Both the position numbers and the translations under genes were made by a program. This document shows, piece by piece, positions 58,579 to 64,000 of a stretch of DNA of 64,000 nucleotides. Within the stretch, counting starts at the first letter, position 1, and each line of letters begins with the position of its first letter. Origin of the DNA: Verrucomicrobiales bacterium (GTDB taxonomy: Bacteria > Verrucomicrobiota > Verrucomicrobiia > Limisphaerales > UBA1100); the NCBI GenBank assembly GCA_038139415.1, contig JAYOSV010000001.1:94536-158535 (forward strand), read 5' to 3'. The notes beneath the pieces were generated by a model that saw only the letters and a list, made by a program, of their open reading frames with translations, was not told the DNA's origin and did no database searches.

Positions 58579-60321
58579 CTAACTACTCCTTCGACCCGGC
58601 AGAGAAAAGAGCGCGCGCAAGGCTTCTACCAGTACATAGCTGAATAGAAAGTAAGCAAACAGGTACACCGGAATCTTGATCGCCATCTTCAGCACGGAAC
58701 CTTTATCAAGGTACTTTTTGGCCACGGGCAACGGGGATTCCTTAAAGTAGGAAATAGCATCGGTCAGCGTTTCCTTGGTGAGATTGCTCATCGATTTGAA
58801 CAAGCCCACTTCGGTTGGTGCGACTTCCGTTGCAACTGCTTCAGCCGGGGAAGCGACTGACTCGATATCGTCTTTCGCTACCAGATTCATTAGCGCAAAC
58901 AAGAGACAAAAGATGAGCGCCATGCCGTAAAGGATCGGCGCGATCTTGAGCATGGTTTTGGAGAACATGGCCATGATGCCCAAGGCTTCATCCCCGGCGG
59001 TGTTACCGGCGCCAATCTTGATGTTGAGTTGCGCTGGCTTAAGCCATAGGCGAGCCAAGGAAGCGCAAAAGAGGTAAAGCAACACGCCGCCACCGATTTT
59101 CGCTAGGACACTCAGCCAGTTTTCGCTGAATCCATCCATAATCCCAAGGACGCCATACACAATCCCGGCTGCGGCTGCGGCAATACCGGAAAGCAGCACG
59201 ACCAAGGCCATCGCCTTCATCAGTCCACTGGCCGAAAGTCGGCTGGGGGTGGACTTGATCAGGGAATCGCCGGCGTTAAAGAGTACGCCGGTGAGGTAGT
59301 GCAAAATCAAAATGAAGGCGATGGGAAGGATGCCCTTAAAGAGCATCGTGACGATCGAAACAATTTTGTCCGAGTCAAAGGAAGGTTCGGGTACCGGCGC
59401 ACCGGCATCGATCCATTTGGCCAACTCATCAGCTTGCTCGGCAGTAAACATTTCGCCTTTACCCTCCGGCGGCATAGGGTCATTGGTATCCTTGATGCGC
59501 TGAAGCAAGGTACTCTGTCCAGAGTTCCCTTTATTGATCGCGCTGAAAATTCCATCGAGCCCAGCTGCATCATCGTCTTCGAATAGGCTCAGATCGAGTT
59601 TGGCCTTGGCACCTTCACCTTTATGGCATTCGTAGCAACGTTCCTGGAAGAGTGGCTTGATGGTTTTGGCAAAGATAGCGGCGTTGGCGGCGTCCTCCTC
59701 CTTTTTCTTGGAGTCTTCCTCGGCCTTTTCTGCCATCTCGACGGCATCACCATCTCCACCGCTCTCGGCTTCATCACCCTTGAATTCATCCCAAGCACTC
59801 GAGCCTAGCCATAACACCGCTACCACCAGTAGGCAAATATCGCCAACGAACTTATAGTTCTGCGAACTGATCCCCAGAAAGAAACTGTTCGTCGTGCCGC
59901 GCAGTTGAGCCATTTTGTTATCGATGGTCTGCGCAAGAAACCCTGCCGAATAACTGCCGTGCTCTGGTTCATCCATCACCGCATCTTCCGGTGCCAGCGC
60001 CTCGCCTTCGGCTGAAGGCGGAGGGAGCGTACTGCCACTGAGTGGGGGAGGCGCACTTCCACCGCTGCCGCTTGGTGGCGGTGGTGCTGCTGGTTTTCCG
60101 CTGGAGGAAGGCGGTGGCGGAGCAGCAGAGGATCGGCCAGCAGCAGAGGGCGGCGGTGGGGCGGCCGAAGATGATGGTGGCGGGCCACTGGTGCGGGTGG
60201 GTTGGCTGGCCGGTACCACCACACTTCCTTGGCAGGCCGGGCAGGCAAAGGACTGGCCGGCTGCGGTTTCATCCACAGTCAACTCAGTGCCGCACGTTGG
60301 GCATGGAAACTTTAAATCCAT
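58579..60321 (-). CDS. Membrane protein: Zn-ribbon, Pro-rich linker, TM, planctomycete-type cytochrome c, multiple TMs
   Basis: CPTC...CPAC; PPPP/S-rich tract; IKPLFQERCYECH...MPP...WIDAGA; about five C-terminal TMs. Confidence 0.85.
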   Translation of the reverse strand: MDLKFPCPTCGTELTVDETAAGQSFACPACQGSVVVPASQPTRTSGPPPSSSAAPPPPSAAGRSSAAPPPPSSSGKPAAPPPPSGSGGSAPPPLSGSTLPPPSAEGEALAPEDAVMDEPEHGSYSAGFLAQTIDNKMAQLRGTTNSFFLGISSQNYKFVGDICLLVVAVLWLGSSAWDEFKGDEAESGGDGDAVEMAEKAEEDSKKKEEDAANAAIFAKTIKPLFQERCYECHKGEGAKAKLDLSLFEDDDAAGLDGIFSAINKGNSGQSTLLQRIKDTNDPMPPEGKGEMFTAEQADELAKWIDAGAPVPEPSFDSDKIVSIVTMLFKGILPIAFILILHYLTGVLFNAGDSLIKSTPSRLSASGLMKAMALVVLLSGIAAAAAGIVYGVLGIMDGFSENWLSVLAKIGGGVLLYLFCASLARLWLKPAQLNIKIGAGNTAGDEALGIMAMFSKTMLKIAPILYGMALIFCLLFALMNLVAKDDIESVASPAEAVATEVAPTEVGLFKSMSNLTKETLTDAISYFKESPLPVAKKYLDKGSVLKMAIKIPVYLFAYFLFSYVLVEALRALFSLPGRRSS

Positions 60322-60396
60322 CCGGCCAGAGGGTCAGGACTGAGAAACCTACTGCATTATTGAGTGTAACTCAATACCGCAGTGCGGAATGGGCCG

Positions 60397-61062
60397 CTAA
60401 TAGCTGCCGTTGGCCGATTCGCCGGAGACGATGGCGACGCCGTTGCTGGTGCCGATGCGGGTGGCGCCGGCTTCAATCATAGCCCGCGCATCGTCTGCGT
60501 TGCGCACACCGCCGGCGGCTTTGACGCCGGCAAATTGGCCGACCGTTTCACGCATCAGCCTTACATGCTCCAGCGTGGCGCCTGCGTTGCCGAAGCCTGT
60601 GGAGGTTTTCACAAAGTGCGCCTGCGCCTGCGTCACAAGTTTGCAGGCCTGGGTGATTTCGTCATTGGTGAGCAGGCAGGTTTCGAGGATGACTTTGACC
60701 ACGCGATCATCGGCCGCTTCCACCACGTCGCGGATTTCGCGGACTATGTAATCGTGTTCGCCATCCTTAAAGCGTCCGACATTCATTACCATGTCAATCT
60801 CACTGGCGCCGAGATCAACCGCGACTTCGGTTTCGTAACGCTTGGCATCGGCGTCCATTGCGCCGAGTGGGAAACCGACCACGGTGCACACCTGCACGTC
60901 GCTGTCTTCCAGAAGCGAATAGGCGAGCTCCACGCGGCTGCCATTGACGCAGACTGTGGAGAATTGATGCTCGGCGGCCTCTGCGCACAATTGCTCTAGC
61001 TGCGCCCGTGTGGCGTCGGGCTTGAGCAAGGTGTGATCAATGTAGCTTGCCAGTTCGGACAT
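60397..61062 (-). CDS. deoC: Deoxyribose-phosphate aldolase
   Basis: IDHTLLKP, VGFPLG, KTSTGF, KAAGGVR, RIGTS. Confidence 0.96.
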   Translation of the reverse strand: MSELASYIDHTLLKPDATRAQLEQLCAEAAEHQFSTVCVNGSRVELAYSLLEDSDVQVCTVVGFPLGAMDADAKRYETEVAVDLGASEIDMVMNVGRFKDGEHDYIVREIRDVVEAADDRVVKVILETCLLTNDEITQACKLVTQAQAHFVKTSTGFGNAGATLEHVRLMRETVGQFAGVKAAGGVRNADDARAMIEAGATRIGTSNGVAIVSGESANGSY

Positions 61063-61066
61063 GACG

Positions 61067-62056
61067 TTAGCTCGGCAATAAATCGGCCACCAAGGTTTTC
61101 TCTTCCTTCAGCTCATTGACCGTTGCGTCAATTCTAGCCCGGCTGAAATCATCAATCGGCACGTCCTGTACAATGGTCAGTTCGCCGCCGGTATTGCGCA
61201 TGGGAAAGGAGGAAATGAGGCCTTCCTCCACGCCGTAGCTGCCGTCGGAGCAAATACACAGGCTGTGCCAATCTCCCTCGGCGGTGGGCTCAGTGACCGA
61301 ACGCACGCTGTCGATAATGGCATTGGCGGCGCTGGCGGCACTCGAGAGTCCGCGCGCCTTGATGATCGCCGCGCCCCGCTTCTGCACGGTGCTGATAAAT
61401 TCGCCTTCGAGCCATTCCCGATCGCTGATGGCGTCGGTGGCCGGGGCGTCATTGATCTTTGCATTGGTAAAATCCGGGTATTGCGTGGCGGAGTGATTTC
61501 CCCAGATGCAGAGGTTGGAAACGCTACTCACCGGCACGCCGGCCTTCTGGGCGAGTTGAGTCTTGGCGCGGTTTTCATCAAGACGCGTCATCGCAAAGAA
61601 CCGGTCGTTAGGCACGTCCGGCGCGTTGTTCATGGCGATCAGGCAGTTAGTGTTGCAGGGGTTGCCGACCACCAGCACGCGCGCATCGCTGGCGGCGTGG
61701 TTGTTGATGGCTTGGCCTTGGCCGGTAAAAATCTTGCCGTTGATGCCCAGCAGATCGCCGCGCTCCATGCCGTCCTTACGCGGTACACTGCCGACGAGCA
61801 GAGACCAGTTGGCGCCATTGAAGCCGGTATTCAGATCGGAGGTGGCGACCACATCGGTGAGCAGCGGGAACGCGCAGTCATCGAGTTCCATGCACACGCC
61901 TTCCAGCGCGGCCATGCCGGGTTCGATCTCAATCAGGTTTAGCGCCACCGGTTGATCCGGGCCGAACATTTGGCCGGATGCAATCCGGAAGAGGAGGGCA
62001 TAACCGATCTGACCGGCCGCACCGGTCACCGCAACACGAATGGGTTCCTTACTCAT
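61067..62056 (-). CDS. mdh: Malate dehydrogenase
   Basis: [37 protein letters not shown]. Confidence 0.96.
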   Translation of the reverse strand: MSKEPIRVAVTGAAGQIGYALLFRIASGQMFGPDQPVALNLIEIEPGMAALEGVCMELDDCAFPLLTDVVATSDLNTGFNGANWSLLVGSVPRKDGMERGDLLGINGKIFTGQGQAINNHAASDARVLVVGNPCNTNCLIAMNNAPDVPNDRFFAMTRLDENRAKTQLAQKAGVPVSSVSNLCIWGNHSATQYPDFTNAKINDAPATDAISDREWLEGEFISTVQKRGAAIIKARGLSSAASAANAIIDSVRSVTEPTAEGDWHSLCICSDGSYGVEEGLISSFPMRNTGGELTIVQDVPIDDFSRARIDATVNELKEEKTLVADLLPS

Positions 62057-62098
62057 GGAGGCGCGCAGTATGCCCGTGGGTTGCGCGGCGTGCAAGCG

Positions 62099-62767
62099 TT
62101 AGCCCATGACAAAGCCAAACAGACCCAGATAAGCCGCCATCACGTTTTGCGCGATGCCAAAGGGGTTGTATTGGTAGGGCGCATTCCAAAGTACCATGAA
62201 TAGAATGAAAAACATCCAGGTGGGGTTTCCCAAGGATTCGAGCCAACGCCGGTACGCCGGGACAAAATTGCCGAGCACGCTTGAGCCATCGAGTGGCGGC
62301 ACGGGTATAAGGTTGAAAATGCCCAGAGCGATATTAGTCACTCCGAAGATGCGCAGCAGATATTGGCCGTTATGAGCAGGGCCTTCGTCAGCAATGCCGC
62401 CAAGGCGCATCCAAACCGCGAGGGCGGTGAGTGCTGCAAATGCTAACAGGAAATTCATCGCTGGACCGGCGGCAGATACCAGCGCATCTCCGAAGCGGCT
62501 GCGGAAGTTGCGTGGATTGACCGGCATGGCCCCGAAGGCCATCCCCACCAGCGCAAGCATGAGCAGCGACATGCCGCCCATATGGACCATGGGGTCGGCC
62601 GTCATGTGGCCAGCCATCTTTGGGGTGTCATCGCCCTGCCAAATAGCGGCCCAGCCATGGGCAAGCTCATGCAGGACGATGGAAATGATCACCGTAACCA
62701 CCACGCAACCGAAATAAAGTTGCGTCTCCGGTTCAAATGCCCTTTGGATGAACAGCGCTGCAACCAT
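62099..62767 (-). CDS. Site-2 protease (M50) family
   Basis: HELAH, AGPAMN, FNLIPVPPLDG. Confidence 0.93.
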   Translation of the reverse strand: MVAALFIQRAFEPETQLYFGCVVVTVIISIVLHELAHGWAAIWQGDDTPKMAGHMTADPMVHMGGMSLLMLALVGMAFGAMPVNPRNFRSRFGDALVSAAGPAMNFLLAFAALTALAVWMRLGGIADEGPAHNGQYLLRIFGVTNIALGIFNLIPVPPLDGSSVLGNFVPAYRRWLESLGNPTWMFFILFMVLWNAPYQYNPFGIAQNVMAAYLGLFGFVMG

Positions 62768-62781
62768 GCGCTGTGAATTGT

Positions 62782-63720
62782 ATGAAGGCATTCGACGAAA
62801 ACCAAACACAAAACCGCCGGGCGGTCATTGATGTGGGGAGTAACTCGGTGAAGCTCCTGGTGGCCGAGGTGGCTGCTGGCGACGTCACGCCGTTGGTGCA
62901 TGAAGGCGAACAAACGCGGTTGGGCCGTGGTGTGTTTGATTCCGGCAAACTCGATCCGGAAGCGATTGCGCAAACCGCGTTTGTGGCCGGGCGGTTTGCT
63001 GAGAAGGCCAGACGCATGGGGGCTGTGGAGGTGAAGGCGGTGGCGACCAGCGCCGCTCGCGAAGCGCGTAATGGGATGGATTTGATCGAGGCGTTTCGCG
63101 AGGTGAATGTGCCTCTAACGATTATTGAGGGCGACCGCGAGGCGGAATTGGTGCTGCGCGGTGTGCGGAGTCATTCCGATTTTTCTGATGGGCCGCTGGC
63201 GATTATCGACGTGGGCGGGGGCAGTACGGAATTGCTGGTGGCGGATGAAACCGGCCTGCGCTTGCAGCATAGTTTCCCCTTGGGAACGGTGCGGTTGTTG
63301 GAACAGCATCGACTGAGCGATCTGCCGGCGGCGCAGGAGCGAGCGAAATTGATCGAGGCGCTGGATCAATTTCTGGATGATCAGGTAACGCCACTGCTCG
63401 GCACGGTAGCCTTGCCAGGAATGCTGGTGGGGGCCGGGGGAACACCGGTTTTCCTTTCGCGAATCCTCAAGGAGACGGATGATCTGGATGCGACGGAATT
63501 GGAGGCGCTGAGTTGGTTGCTACCGGAGGTGCAGTCCTTGACGGATCGGTTGTGGATGATGAGTCTGGAACGGCGGCAGGCGCTGGCCGGATTACCGGCG
63601 GATCGGGCGGATGTAATTTTATTTGGCGCAGCGATCTATGAAGCGGTGATGATGCGGTGCGGATTTCATGAACTGAGACCCACCATGCGAGGCGTGCGGT
63701 ATGGCTCGTTGCTCAGTTAA
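62782..63720 (+). CDS. ppx: Ppx/GppA phosphatase family
   Basis: IDVGSNSVK, ATSAAREA, DVGGGSTE, GVRYG. Confidence 0.9.
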   Translation: MKAFDENQTQNRRAVIDVGSNSVKLLVAEVAAGDVTPLVHEGEQTRLGRGVFDSGKLDPEAIAQTAFVAGRFAEKARRMGAVEVKAVATSAAREARNGMDLIEAFREVNVPLTIIEGDREAELVLRGVRSHSDFSDGPLAIIDVGGGSTELLVADETGLRLQHSFPLGTVRLLEQHRLSDLPAAQERAKLIEALDQFLDDQVTPLLGTVALPGMLVGAGGTPVFLSRILKETDDLDATELEALSWLLPEVQSLTDRLWMMSLERRQALAGLPADRADVILFGAAIYEAVMMRCGFHELRPTMRGVRYGSLLS

Positions 63721-64000
63721 AGCCCAAGCCGTTCGTATTCTAGCGCCACGTAGCGGTCGGTCATGCCGGAGAGATAATCACAAATGGCGCGGTGCAATCC
63801 GTCGATCTCAATGCGCGCGCGCGATTGGCTGCCGATGTCTTCCGGATGCTCTAGATAATGCCCGAACAACGCCTCAAGCAGCTTGATGGCGCGCAGGTTG
63901 GGTTTGTGGACGACGGGGTTGTAGTAGAGGTTTTCGTAGAGGTACTCGCGCAATTCCAGATTGGCCGTACGGCGGGCGTCGCTGTAGCGAATGAGGTTGC
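63717..64000 (-). CDS. dgt: dNTP triphosphohydrolase (dGTPase), C-terminal part
   Basis: LREYLYENLYYNP, RAICDYLSGMTDRY; open to the window edge. Confidence 0.85.
   Translation of the reverse strand, partial: NLIRYSDARRTANLELREYLYENLYYNPVVHKPNLRAIKLLEALFGHYLEHPEDIGSQSRARIEIDGLHRAICDYLSGMTDRYVALEYERLGL

Overview
Mostly core chromosome of a GC-rich bacterium, probably Verrucomicrobiota/PVC (inferred from a DUF1559-like pilin, a planctomycete-type cytochrome c domain and the gene set). Housekeeping content: rpsU, a CCA/poly(A) nucleotidyltransferase, an NtrC-type regulator, a fur-porin-FMN-binding protein-apbE cluster, cinA, ferredoxin, pyk, nuoB-N (no nuoA; tRNA-Gln sits antisense between nuoE and nuoF), rpoD with a histone-like tail, gcvP, a GbsR-type operon, a DASS transporter, tyrS, rpsA, mutL, asnS, secA, acnB, deoC, mdh and ppx. 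The accessory part is a ~3.5 kb island after tRNA-His, closed by a degenerate copy of the tRNA 3' half. It has no integrase and carries two genes with an identical 40-bp promoter/start cassette. The top finding is in this island: an unannotated ~74-nt unit with its own promoter and terminator (41155-41228), whose first 27 nt are perfectly complementary to the signal-peptide coding region of the Fur-boxed porin mRNA 34.5 kb away. This is a candidate island-borne trans-antisense or guide RNA against a host outer-membrane protein. Also noted: three Fur-like boxes at 35-bp spacing, a Rex/CRP-like box before nuo, back-to-back sigma-54 promoters with an unannotated 28-aa membrane peptide, and a homopolymer-frameshifted Zn-ribbon gene. 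All calls come from reading the sequence; no searches were run.
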